NCBI GenBank assembly: GCA_002269645.1
Contig: NIVC01000200.1
Coordinates: forward strand, 1 to 64,000
Origin: Macrostomum lignano
Taxonomy: Eukaryota
DNA length: 64,000 bases
Direction: 5' to 3'
The notes beneath the pieces are model-generated. The model did not search any database and was not told the DNA's origin. It saw nothing but the letters and a program-made list of their open reading frames with translations. Each line of letters begins with the position of its first letter. Position 1 is the first letter of the stretch. This document shows positions 9,561 to 21,291 of the stretch, one piece after another. The position numbers and the translations under genes were made by a program.

Positions 9561-12500
9561 ATGACTAAGCTCCACGCTGCCAAAGGAGCGACATTCTGTC
9601 TGCAAATAAATTTACAGCATTGCGTATCTGCGTCAGTAAATCTGATGAAGATTGCTGAGCTGTACAGGCCAGGCCTCATCCTGATCCAGGAACCCTGGAT
9701 GCGCAACGGTAAGTTGCCCAACATTCCCTCTGGCTACTCTGATTTTTATGTGTGTGGCCCGGGGAACAGCCGCCCTAGAGCGGCTATCCTCGCTGCTAGC
9801 CATCTCCAGGCTTGGCTGAGGACTGATCTCTCTGATGGAGACCTTTGCGTCATCCAATCTAATCATTTCTCTCCGCGTACGTGTCTTGTTGCCTCGGTTT
9901 ATATCCCAGGCGACAGAGACCCTGCTCCCGAGAGTTTACTGCGCCTTGCGCAGTACTGCGAGTCCCAGAACGCTGAGCTGTGCTTAGGGGGCGACCTCAA
10001 CGCGCACCACAAGCACTGGGGCAGCAAAGATACCAACACTAGAGGAGAGGAGCTTCTGGCCCTCATCTCTAACACAAACCTCATGCTCTGCAACCGCGGC
10101 AGCACTCCTACCTTTAATAATGGCAGATGGACCGAGGTCCTCGACGCCACACTCGTTACCCCAAGACTCTTTGACAGAGTCAAGGAGTGGAGAGTCTGGT
10201 CTGAGGAGCCCTCCCTGTCTGACCACTGCTTTATCGCCTTTAATATCGCGGACACTAAAACCCAGTCTCCGATCACTTGGAGACGCAATATCCGCAACAC
10301 TGATTGGGCGGCCTACAAGGCTGCCCTTGATCTGCACCTGCAGGAACTCACGGACTTACGTCCGATTGAGACCTGCGAGGATGTGGATCATATGGCTGAG
10401 ACGCTGACAGGTTGCATTATTGCAGCCTACGAAGCGGCTTGTCCTGCTCGCGCCTACAGAGGCAAGACCTCGGCGCCGTGGTGGAACCCGGAGCTGGGGA
10501 AACTCAGGCGGAAGGCCAAAAGCCTTCATCGCCGTGCCATGAAGACCGGAAACCCGGAGGACATGGAGCTTTTCCGGCAAGCCTCCCGCAATTTCAAATC
10601 TGAAGTGCGCAAGGCCAAGGAATGTAAGTGGCGCCAATTCTGCAATGAATTGGATCAAGACAGACCTACTTCTAGGCTTGTCAAGGCCCTTACAATGGAC
10701 AAAATGTCCAAATTAGCCATGATCAAAAAAGATGATGGCTCTCTTACTAAAGACCCTGAAGAAGTGCTTCAGCATATGCTTAGCACATTCTTCCCGAGGG
10801 TACCTACTGCTAGACCGGAGCCCAACCATTCGATGGATGGAGCCACCCTAGCGGCGGGCATTGTCACTGAAGACCTAATCGCTCGTGCGGTCAGAACCTT
10901 CAAACCCTTCAAATCTCCTGGACCTGATGGTATCTACCCTGTTCTCCTTCGTGAAGCAGCCAAGATACCCTCGTTCCTGAGACTCACCCGCAATCTTATG
11001 CGGGCCTCTATCCAGCTGGGATACGTTCCCAAAAGCTGGACTGAAGCTCGAGTAGTCTTTATTCCCAAACCTGGGAAGGGTGACTACCAAAGCGTCAAGG
11101 CCTTCCGGCCAATTAGCTTAACGTCAGCAATGCTTAAGCTCACTGAGAGGCTTATTCTCTGGCGGCTGCTCTCCTGCGAGCTGACAGCGATGCCCCTCAG
11201 CAATAATCAGCACGCCTTCCGTACCGGGAGGTCGACTGACAGCGCCCTGCATGCGATTGTCGAAAAGATTGAACGGGCGGTACTGGGTGACGGTTACGCC
11301 CTGGCTCTCTTTCTTGACATTGTTGGCGCCTTCGACAACGTTATCTTTGAAGCGTTTCAGAGGGCCCTTCAAAATCGCAAAGCTCATGCTACCCTCATAC
11401 GGTGGATCATGTACATGATCTCCAACCGTACGGTCACTGCCCAACTTCTTGGGCAAACTGCCTCCACCAGAGTCTGTAAGGGTGGACCCCAAGGCGGAGT
11501 CCTCACCCCGACGCTCTGGAACCTGGTCATGGACGCTCTTCTGAGTGACTCCCGACCTGACCCCGTCTTCAAAGTCGGGTATGCTGATGACGTCACGGCC
11601 ATTGTGGCAGGACCGTCTCCCAGCACGCTCAGGGATCTGATGCAGAGCTTTATCCGCAAAGCAGAATCCTGGGCCAATGACAATGGTTTGGAACTCTCTG
11701 AGCCCAAAACCGTTGCCATTATGTTTACCAGCAGACTACGCTGGAACATACGTCCTCTGCAGCTCTACGGCAGAGATATTGCCTTCGCGCACCAGACCAG
11801 ATGTCTCGGGGTCACACTTGACCACCGGCTCAACTGGTCCTTCCACGTGAAAGCAAAAGCTAAGCGTGCCTCAGCCATCCTGGCCCAGCTCCGACGAGCA
11901 CTTGGCACTTCTTGGGGTCTATCCCCAAAGCGGCTTTGGTGGATCTATACTTCCGTAGTTAGACCTGCCATTACGTACGCCTCTGTTGTCTGGGTTAGCG
12001 CTACCCAGGTCAAAAGCCATGCAGACCTGCTCAACACGATCCAAGGCAGAGCGTGTAGGCTCATCTGCAACGCCACCAGGTCCACGCCCTTTGCTGGCAT
12101 GGGGGCCTTTCTTAATCTTCCGCCTCTTGACCTCTTCATCAGGGGTGAGGCGGCTAGAACGACGCGGCGTCTAATTGATGCCGGCGTCAAATTCATTTAC
12201 ATGAGAGCACCTGCTAAGCGGAACCTTGTCCCGCATAGCGATCTGTGCCTCAACTTTCTCAACGAGTGTCAGGCCAATCGCGTCTTCACCGATGGCATTG
12301 CCTCAACGCTCAACCTGAGACAGCGCTACTCCGTAGCTATCGACTCGCGCGATAACATCAATGACCATTGGAACCCTGGTGAGCTTCATTGCTACACCGA
12401 CGGTTCTAAGCAGTCAGCCAACACCGGCTTTGGTGTTGGAATCTTTCTGAACGGGAGGGTCATCGGTACTCACGCTCAATACACTGGGGTCAACTCCAGT

Positions 12501-13301
12501 GTTTTCCAAAATGAAGTTCTGGCCATCAGCTCCTGCACTGCAGAGCTTCTCGCCACTGGCGTTACTGGTAAGAACATCATTTTCCATTCGGACAGCCAAG
12601 CTGCCTTGCACGCCATCAGTGGCTGCAGCACCAACTCTGCTACAGTCCTTGACTGTATCAAACTCCTCAATGTGTTGGGTTCCGCCAACAAAATTACCCT
12701 TAAGTGGGTTCCGGGGCATGTGGGGATCCGAGGAAATGAGTTGGCTGACACCCTTGCAAAAGTTGGTGCCTCCGGCTCCTCTCTCGGCCCCGAACCTCTT
12801 GTCCCGATTCCTGGCTGTGTCATCGACTCGCGCATCAAAGCGTGGATCAGGACTCAGCACCGCTCGACTTGGGCGAACCGCACGAACTGCAGGCAATCCA
12901 GAGGCGCTGTCCCTCAGCCCTCTCACCAGCTCCGGAAGCTCCTCTTGCGCCTCTCGCGCAGAGACATCCGGGCTGCCACCATGACCCTCTCTGGTCACGG
13001 CTGCTTCTCCAGGCACCAGTACCTGCAGGGCAACGCCACCAACGCCACCTGTAGTTTCTGCAACTCAGGTGACGAAACCGCTGAGCATTTCGTCAGCATC
13101 TGTCCCGCCTTCACGCGGGCCAGACTCACTTACCTCGGGCCACACACATCTATTACTGAAGCGTGCAAACCCGAAAACTTTAATCAGCTCATGCGCTACC
13201 TTCGGGCCACCCGCAGGGCTGAACTCTCCTTTCCAGAGAGCACCATAGCTGCTGGCGACACTGGGGGACCTCCCTGGGCGGCGCCAACCCTCCGTCCATA
13301 G
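9561..13301 (+). CDS. ORF2: APE endonuclease, reverse transcriptase, RNase H, C-terminal CCHC finger; intact, 1246 aa
   Basis: IQEP, GGDLNAHH, SDH; PGPDG, FRPISL, QGGVL, YADD; YTDGS, SDSQAAL, GNELAD; CSFC-x8-H-x4-C. Confidence 0.95.
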   Translation: MTKLHAAKGATFCLQINLQHCVSASVNLMKIAELYRPGLILIQEPWMRNGKLPNIPSGYSDFYVCGPGNSRPRAAILAASHLQAWLRTDLSDGDLCVIQSNHFSPRTCLVASVYIPGDRDPAPESLLRLAQYCESQNAELCLGGDLNAHHKHWGSKDTNTRGEELLALISNTNLMLCNRGSTPTFNNGRWTEVLDATLVTPRLFDRVKEWRVWSEEPSLSDHCFIAFNIADTKTQSPITWRRNIRNTDWAAYKAALDLHLQELTDLRPIETCEDVDHMAETLTGCIIAAYEAACPARAYRGKTSAPWWNPELGKLRRKAKSLHRRAMKTGNPEDMELFRQASRNFKSEVRKAKECKWRQFCNELDQDRPTSRLVKALTMDKMSKLAMIKKDDGSLTKDPEEVLQHMLSTFFPRVPTARPEPNHSMDGATLAAGIVTEDLIARAVRTFKPFKSPGPDGIYPVLLREAAKIPSFLRLTRNLMRASIQLGYVPKSWTEARVVFIPKPGKGDYQSVKAFRPISLTSAMLKLTERLILWRLLSCELTAMPLSNNQHAFRTGRSTDSALHAIVEKIERAVLGDGYALALFLDIVGAFDNVIFEAFQRALQNRKAHATLIRWIMYMISNRTVTAQLLGQTASTRVCKGGPQGGVLTPTLWNLVMDALLSDSRPDPVFKVGYADDVTAIVAGPSPSTLRDLMQSFIRKAESWANDNGLELSEPKTVAIMFTSRLRWNIRPLQLYGRDIAFAHQTRCLGVTLDHRLNWSFHVKAKAKRASAILAQLRRALGTSWGLSPKRLWWIYTSVVRPAITYASVVWVSATQVKSHADLLNTIQGRACRLICNATRSTPFAGMGAFLNLPPLDLFIRGEAARTTRRLIDAGVKFIYMRAPAKRNLVPHSDLCLNFLNECQANRVFTDGIASTLNLRQRYSVAIDSRDNINDHWNPGELHCYTDGSKQSANTGFGVGIFLNGRVIGTHAQYTGVNSSVFQNEVLAISSCTAELLATGVTGKNIIFHSDSQAALHAISGCSTNSATVLDCIKLLNVLGSANKITLKWVPGHVGIRGNELADTLAKVGASGSSLGPEPLVPIPGCVIDSRIKAWIRTQHRSTWANRTNCRQSRGAVPQPSHQLRKLLLRLSRRDIRAATMTLSGHGCFSRHQYLQGNATNATCSFCNSGDETAEHFVSICPAFTRARLTYLGPHTSITEACKPENFNQLMRYLRATRRAELSFPESTIAAGDTGGPPWAAPTLRP

Positions 13302-13975
13302 CGACGCGTCGGCCGTTCAGGGACTAGCGGAATGGGCGCCCGCGCCTTCCCGCTGTGTCCCCTCCGGGACAGCCCTGCAGCTAAGTCAAGTAAGTCAAGT
13401 CAAGAATCCCCGATTTCTAATTCCCATCTCTGATTCCTCATGTTGGAATCCGAATCCACGATTCCTAATTCCTTATCCTTGATAATTTAATTGATAATAA
13501 TCCTTGATAATTGATTATCCTTGAAATTCAAGCCAGACTTGTTCACAAACTTGTCCGCAAAATTCGGCAAAAGGCCTTGGGACTGCGCCTGTATGTGTAT
13601 TCTAATATCAAAACATAACTAATAAAACATAACTAGTTGCAACTGGTACCACACGGGTTCTCGAGGGCCGCCCTTGTGGGGGAGGGCTCGGGCGTCGGCT
13701 GTCAACTCGACCTGGCGCCTGTGTCCCAAGCCCGCAGCCGGCCTCCCGCCCCCTGATCTTGCAGAGTGTGGACCGGGGGCCTGCCGGAGCCTCGCCTGGG
13801 AGCAATCCTGGGATAAGACGGCAACCCAAAGCTTCTCTGCTGTTTACCGTGGCAGAGGGTAGCTCCACGGAGCTGGCTGGGGGTATATCCAGTCCCGAGC
13901 GGTTACCCCCCTCTTTTCTACATTTCAGTTTTTCCATTTCAGCCTACTCTGCATGGATAAATCGAAACCACCTGA

Positions 13976-14874
<899 letters not shown>

Positions 14875-14875
<1 letters not shown>

Positions 14876-17800
14876 TGCCGTTCCCAACCCCGTGCCAAAC
14901 TAGGAGCGGGGCGCTGAGGGCGAACCTTAACGGCCAGCCCAATGATGACACTGCCACCAGCAACCAAATAAATAATCCGCCGCCGGCGAACCAACCTGTT
15001 AACCTGCACATTATTCAGATCAACCTGCACCACGCCCTTGCAGCATCTAGCAACCTTTCAGGCACCTTTGCCAACAAGGAAGTTGACATCTACCTTATTC
15101 AGGAACCGTATACCCGCAAGGGGAAGCCGACCTGCCTGCCGCCAGGCTATCAGGTTCTGTACCTCTGCGCGAACGACACCCCCAGAGCTATCGCCCTCGT
15201 CAAAAACGACCTCCCGGCCACTATTATGCCAATGTTTTGCTCTAAAGACATGTGTACTTTCTCAGTCTTTGACTTGACCTTCGTTTCCGCTTACCTGGAC
15301 ATTCAGGAGGACGTCCCTCCCCCCCTCCTGCAGGAGCTGGCGGACTTCTGTAATCTCCAGGATCGGAAGCTTATCGTTAGCTGCGATGCTAACGCCCACA
15401 ACACTGCCTGGTCTAGTAGCGATACTAACAGGCGCGGTGACTTACTAATTGATTTCATTAACTCCTCCTCGTTACACATTTGCAACAGAGGCAGCAAACC
15501 CACATTTATTGTCTCTAATCGGCGTGAGGTTATCGACCTCACTCTCGTCTCCAACAACGCCCTCAATCAGGTCCACAGCTGGCTGGTTAGGGATGACCTC
15601 CCATCGCTTTCCGACCACTCGTACATTCAGTACAGCATCAGCTCCGTCGGAGCCCGTCATGAGAACCGGGACCGCCTTAATTTGAAAAAGGCCGACTGGA
15701 CAGGTTTTCGAAGAGACCTGCCAAAACTCCTGACCGAAGCCAACTTACCGGACTCCAGCGAGGATCTCCCTGGCATTGAGCATCGGTGCAACTCCCTCGT
15801 TGAGATCCTAAACACCGCCATACGCGCTAACGCCCCTAAGCTGTTTTGCAGGAAGAAATACTCTCCTTGGTGGAGTCAAGAGCTCACTCGCATGAAGAAA
15901 AACACCCGCCGACTGCAACGCCTCGCAAACGGCTCGAATACCCCAGAGGATTGGGAGAACTACCACTCTGCTCTGAGGATGTACAAAAGTGCTATCCGAA
16001 GGGCTAAGAAGACCACCTGGAAAGCCTACTGCGCCGGCCTGGAAGGGCAACACCCCACAGCCCGGCTGGTCAGGACTCTCAGGCACGACACGCTAGCTCA
16101 GTGTAACTCCCTTCTGCACCTGGATGGTAACTACACTACCAGTGCCGAAGGTTCGCTAAATCTTCTTTTCTCCACCTGCTTTCCGCAGGTTGACGAACCG
16201 GAGTACGTGGTCGATGACCACAGGCCTTGTGATCACAAGCTTTTCCAGCAGTGCGCCACCCCCAGCTACTCCAGCTGGCAGCAAATTCTTTTAAACCGTA
16301 TAAATCGTCTGGCCCTGACAATATCGCCCCCTGTATCCTGCAGGAGGCGCTAAAGCTGCAAAACTTTGCTGATTCTTTCTCTAAATTGCTTGTTGACTGT
16401 TATACCACAGGTTACATTCCCACAATCTGGAGAATGTCCAGAGTCGTGTTCATCCCGAAACCTGCTAAGGGTGACTACACCAACGTGAAATCCTTCCGGC
16501 CCATCAGCCTCACTTCCTTTTGTGTTAAGCTGATGGAGAGGCTCATCCTGTGGAGGCTTCGAGAGTGCGACCTGCGCTCCGACCCTGTCAGTAAGTACCA
16601 GTACGCCTTCCAGCCTGGGAGGACGACTGAGCATGCTCTCCACGCCATTACCTCCAAAATTGAGAGTGCCATCCTTAGCAAACAACTCGCTTGCGGGTTG
16701 TTCGTTGACTTCGAAGGAGCATTTGACAATGTCCTCTTCGCTCCTTCAGAAATTCTCTTTCCCGCAGGAATGTAAGACACAGCATTGTTCGCTGGATTTA
16801 TTTTATGATCCGCAAAAGGTTTGTGACATCCACACTTATGGGCGTTACCCTCACCCGGGCGGTGATGAAAGGCGGCCCGCAAGGTGGCGTGCTAACTCCA
16901 CTTCTCTGGAATCTCGTCATGGACGAACTTCTAACCGCTGACATTCCCAGCAGTATCACCAGGGCGGGCTACGCCGATGACGTTGCCGCGGTCGTCAGCG
17001 GACCCGACCCCGCCACTCTGCGCAACCTGATGCAGCAATTCGCCGACAAGGCGGCCGACTGGGCTACACAGCATGGCCTAAAAATCAGCGTCACTAAGAC
17101 TGTCGCTGTCGTTTTCACCAAGCGCCGTAAGTGGGAGATGAAAAACCTCACTGTCTATGGCAGAAACATCCCCTTCAAGAAGGAGGTCAAATACCTCGGT
17201 GTGACGCTAACGCATGACCTGCGCTGGACGAAGCACCTTGATAACGTCATCGGTCGGGCAAAACGCTGCTTTGCCCAGCTGCGCAGAGCCATCGGGCCGA
17301 CTTGGGGCCTCTCGCCTAGAACGGTCCGTTGGATTTATACCGGCATCATCCGGCCCAGTATCACATACGCGAGTCTCATCTGGACTAGCGTGCTGGAGCA
17401 GAAGGCCGCCCGTCAGCGGCTGTACCAGCTTCAGGGCAGCATTTGCCGTGCCATCACAGGTGCGTACCCGTCCACCCCTTACGAGGGGCTGAACACTATC
17501 CTTAACCTACCTCCGCTTCACCTATTTATTAGGGCGGAGGCTATGAAGTCTGCCTCCCGGCTTATCAGAGATAAAACGTTAAATAACGCGCCCTCTGGCT
17601 TTATGCCAATGAAAACATTAATCCCGCATATGGACTTTGTCCGCCGCGACCTTAACAACATCCACATGGACCTGTGCAATGTGGATAGTCGACCTCCCGC
17701 CCTCAACATCAGGAGGGGCTTCAAGACCGCCATCCCTGGCCGAGACAACATTCCGCTGGATGTCGGTGTGAACCGGCGCAGCCAGGGCATTCACTGCTTC

Positions 17801-18691
17801 ACCGACGGCTCGCTGTTCAACGGCCGCGCTGGAGCGGGTATTGCCATTTTCCACGAGGGTAAGATGCTTCTCCAGGAAAGTCTGCACCTCGGTGAGAACA
17901 CCTCAGTTTTCCAAGCTGAAATTTGCGCCATTGAGCAGTGTGCCCAGCAACTGTTTCAGGCGAACATTAATAATTTTGACATTAATTTCTACACTGATAG
18001 CCAAGCTGCTATTAAGGCCTTAACCACTGAGAATATCTCCGCTGCTACAGTATCTCAATGCCACCGCAGTGTGCAATCTCTCTCAGTCCTTAACAGGATT
18101 AGAATTATCTGGACACCTGGTCACAGCAACATCCTGGGCAACGAGCTCGCGGACTCTCTCGCCAAGGAGGGCAGCAACCCAGACGGCAACCACCGTCTGA
18201 TGAGGCTACCCACCCCCAGGTCGCAAGTCACCCGCCATATCAACAGGTGGCTCCATCAGCAGCACCAGCTCCACTGGAACAGCTGCACCGAGTACAGGCA
18301 GAGCCGCTCTGCCATGCCTAACCTGAACAGGAAAGTCTCTGATTATCTGATTTCGCTTAACAGAACCGACCTCAGGGAGATGTGCATGGTCCTAACCGGC
18401 CACGGATTCTTCCAGAGACATATATCGTTGCAAACCGGTTGCCCTCCCACCTGTCCCTTCTGTGGCATAGGAGAGGAGACCGCGGAGCATCACGTCACCT
18501 TCTGCCCTTACTTCAACAAGGCGCGGCACAAATACCTCGGCCACCCCCAGCGGATGGACGAGCTGACCACCGCGGACAATATCCGAGACCTCCGCGCCTT
18601 CGTCCGGGACTCCGGCCGGATGAGGGTCGCCGATGCCTCCACTGCGGACCTGCCGACTACTGGCGGGGACTGGGCGCACCCCCAAGGCTAA
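14875..18691 (+). pseudogene. ORF2 of element B (APE-RT-RNase H-CCHC), broken by two frameshifts (about 16240 and about 16740)
   Basis: Consecutive ORFs 14875-16353, 16251-16775 and 16805-18691 carry IQEP/SDH, FRPISL/FDNV, and YADD/FTDGS/CPFC-H-C. Confidence 0.9.
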
Positions 18692-19031
18692 TCCCTGTGC
18701 TCTTTTACCTTGGGGTTGCGATAGGGGCCTCGCGGCCTATTCGCGGCGCCTGCGCCCCCCGTCAGTAGTAAGTAAGTAAGTAACTAATAAAAGCGAAAAA
18801 TAGAAGCGTCATGTAAAAATGATAAAAGCGTCATGTAAAAATCATAGCGACGTCAGGTAAAAATCATATAAGTGTTATGTAACAAGTATAATAAGCGTCA
18901 TGAAAAAAGAAAAGAAGCGTAAAGTAAGAAATAAAAAAACATCACGTAAAATACAAGAAGCGTCAATTCAGAAATCATAAAAGCGTCATGTAAGAAATCA
19001 TAGAAGCGTCGTGAGTGAGCCGCTAGTTTAG

Positions 19032-19869
19032 TGTTTGGCGTCCTCCTTTGTCAGCAGTCTCCCTTGCCCTCGCCCTGGGTTGCTGTCTGCCGCTGGTCAG
19101 CTTCCCGCCCCCTGGCCCGTCTGTTGCTGCCCTTGGCCTGTTCTGCCCTTCTGCGTCTCTGTTCTCAGCCCTCAGCTTCTCTGCTGTGGGCTGTCTCTGT
19201 TTCGTTCCCGTCCCGTTTTCCTCTGAGCAAGTCACATGACAGATCTTGCGTTCTTGGAGTCTTAAAGTGCAGTAAACATGTTTACTGCACTCGCTGGTCC
19301 TGTTTACCGGGAGAATCACGTGCTTTCGGATCCCTCCCTTCTCTAAGGAGAGGAGTGACTCATGTTGCTAAAAATAGCAACTGAGTCACAGCCGCGTGTA
19401 CTCTGGCCGGAGACCTCAAGTGACGTCAGTTTTAAAAATAGAACGAGTCACGATGAGGTCTTGCGCGCACTAAGACCCTGCCCCGAGACTTCAAGTGACG
19501 TCAGTTCTAAAAATAGAACAAGTCACGAGGTCTTGTGCGCGGGAGAATCCCGGCTATAAATAGGACCCCTCTCCCCTTGTTTCTGTCAAGGAGTCTTTGC
19601 GTGCTTCTAAACTTCTAAGATGACTGAACTAAGTGCCCTTTGCGTACACTGAATCTGCTTGTACTGGTCTGAATGAGACCAACCTCAAGCCTACGAGAGG
19701 CTAACTCAGCCCTCCCTGAACCAACCAAGCCCGGCAGGTGCTGCTGACGAGACGCCTTTACGTTGAACTGCAAATCTGTACCCGGTGCTGAGTTCGTTGA
19801 CTTCATTATTTCGTTCCGACGGGAAGCTCACCTCATCGAAGGCCGAGACCTGAAGGAACTGGTGGCAGC
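19032..19869 (+). mobile_element. LTR-like segment with putative tRNA-Leu PBS
   Basis: Starts with TGT. Internal AAGTGACGTCAGTT.TAAAAATAGAAC duplication, TATAAAT at about 19556, and TGGTGGCAGC at 19860-19869. The canonical CA end is not clear. Confidence 0.4.
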
Positions 19870-19913
19870 ACTACCTACGCTACTAAGAGTTAAGAACGCT
19901 TCCGAGTGAGAAG

Positions 19914-20044
19914 ACATAACGCTTATTGATTTTTAGATGACGCTTCTTATAGTCCGACATGACGCTTCTTTTACTTTTTACTTGTAAAAGAAGCGTCATG
20001 TCGGACTATAAGAAGCGTCATCTAAAAATCAATAAGCGTTATGT
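19914..20044. repeat. Perfect inverted repeat with 61-bp arms and a 9-nt loop
   Basis: 19914-19974 is the exact reverse complement of 19984-20044. Confidence 0.95.
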
Positions 20045-20646
20045 AAAAAGAAGCGTCATGTCAAAAAAGAGCGTCATTTCAAAACTTAAAAAGCGTCATG
20101 TAAAATGAAAAAGCTTCATATTGAAAATTAAATAAGCCTTCCGTAAACTCTGCTGTGACTATTTGGAAGAACTACTGAGATTTTAAGGTTTACGGGGGGA
20201 TTTTTGAGATGTCAAGCCTTTTTTCTTTTTCAAGTCTTGTAAAAAATAATAGAAGCATCATGTAAAACACAAAAGAAACGTCATGCAAAACATAAAGGAA
20301 GCGTTATGTAAAAATCAAATGAAGCGTCATGTCAAAAGAAAAGAAGCGTCACGTGAACCTGTGCTGTGACTCTTGGGGAGAATTACTGAGATGTTAAGGC
20401 TCACGGGGAATAACTGAGCTGTAAATGCTTATGAGGGAGGGATCTCTGAGATTTGTTGGTTCCCCACGAGGGGCGCTGGTAGAAGAAGCGTCATCTTAAA
20501 AAGATGAAAGTAGATGTAAAAGAAGAGTCATGTCGAAGTTAGGAGATTTATTTGGGAATCGCTACGATTTCAAGGCTTGGAGGGAATTGCTATAATGCTG
20601 TAATGTTATAATGACTCTTGGAGAGAATTACTGAAATGGCAATGCT

Positions 20647-20694
20647 TTAGGGTTAGTAAGGGCTAGGGTTAGGGTTAGGCTTAGGGTTAGGGTT
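20647..20694 (+). repeat. Short interstitial TTAGGG-like tract
   Basis: TTAGGGTTAGTAAGGGCTAGGGTTAGGGTTAGGCTTAGGGTTAGGGTT. Confidence 0.75.
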
Positions 20695-21098
20695 GACAGA
20701 TTTTTTAAGATTTCAAGGCTTACGGGGGTCATCGCTCAGATGTCAAGGGGGGAGTTTGATGTTTTACGACTTGTGGGGGAGGAATTGCTGAGATGTCAAC
20801 GCTTACAAGCGATTGCTGAGGTTTGATAAGAGACAGTACATGTAGTTTGTTAAAAAGAACTTGTACTGCATTTTTTTGCTCCCCAACGGGGGGGGGGCGC
20901 TGATTGCTAGTTAAATTCTGAAAATATGAGCCACGAAAAGACAGGAAACTGAAAAAACAACACTTGGGTTCGTATCATATCGGGTGTTTCATAGTCTAAT
21001 TCTGGGGTAAAAGTAATCAAACTGGTTTTAAATTAACATTCATCTGCTTCTCATTTTCTACTCATGTTGCTATGGTGACCAAAGTATCCAGGTATCCA

Positions 21099-21291
21099 GG
21101 CGATATCCAGGCGCAGGTTTGTGGTGCTCCTATAATATCGCAGCGGCCAGGCCATAGGCGTTGTACATCCTGGGCTCCAGGTCCGGCTGGACAAAGAATT
21201 TCGGCAACCGAGTGGCCAGGTGGCAATCTCGCCCACTGCACTCCGGCAACGGCAGAGCGCGCTGGAAGCCCTCGTAGCGATCGGGAAGAAT
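21099..21291 (-). pseudogene. Orphan pseudo-exon of a KDM3/JMJD1-like JmjC histone demethylase
   Basis: After a ctcattcag acceptor: ILPDRYEGFQRALPLPECSGRDCHLATRLPKFFVQPDLEPRMYNAYGL, then after a frameshift STTNLRLDIA. Recalled KDM3 consensus: LPLPEY..RDG.LNLASRLP.FFVRPDLGPKMYNAYGL..GTTNLHLD. Confidence 0.7.

Larger units (their letters stand above)
7499..13402 (+). mobile_element. Full-length Loa/R1-group non-LTR retrotransposon (element A)
   Basis: 12-bp TSD AGAATCCCCGAT at 7487-7498 and 13403-13414. Two ORFs and a TAAGTCAAG-type 3' tail. Confidence 0.9.
18795..20530. repeat. Degenerate AAGCGTCATGTAAAA-type minisatellite (about 22-bp spacing), interrupted at about 19020-19913
   Basis: AAGCGTCATG core is repeated at 18795-19012 and 19984-20530. 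Confidence 0.85.

Noticed and set aside
20647-20694. True telomere
   Set aside because: Short, degenerate and internal.
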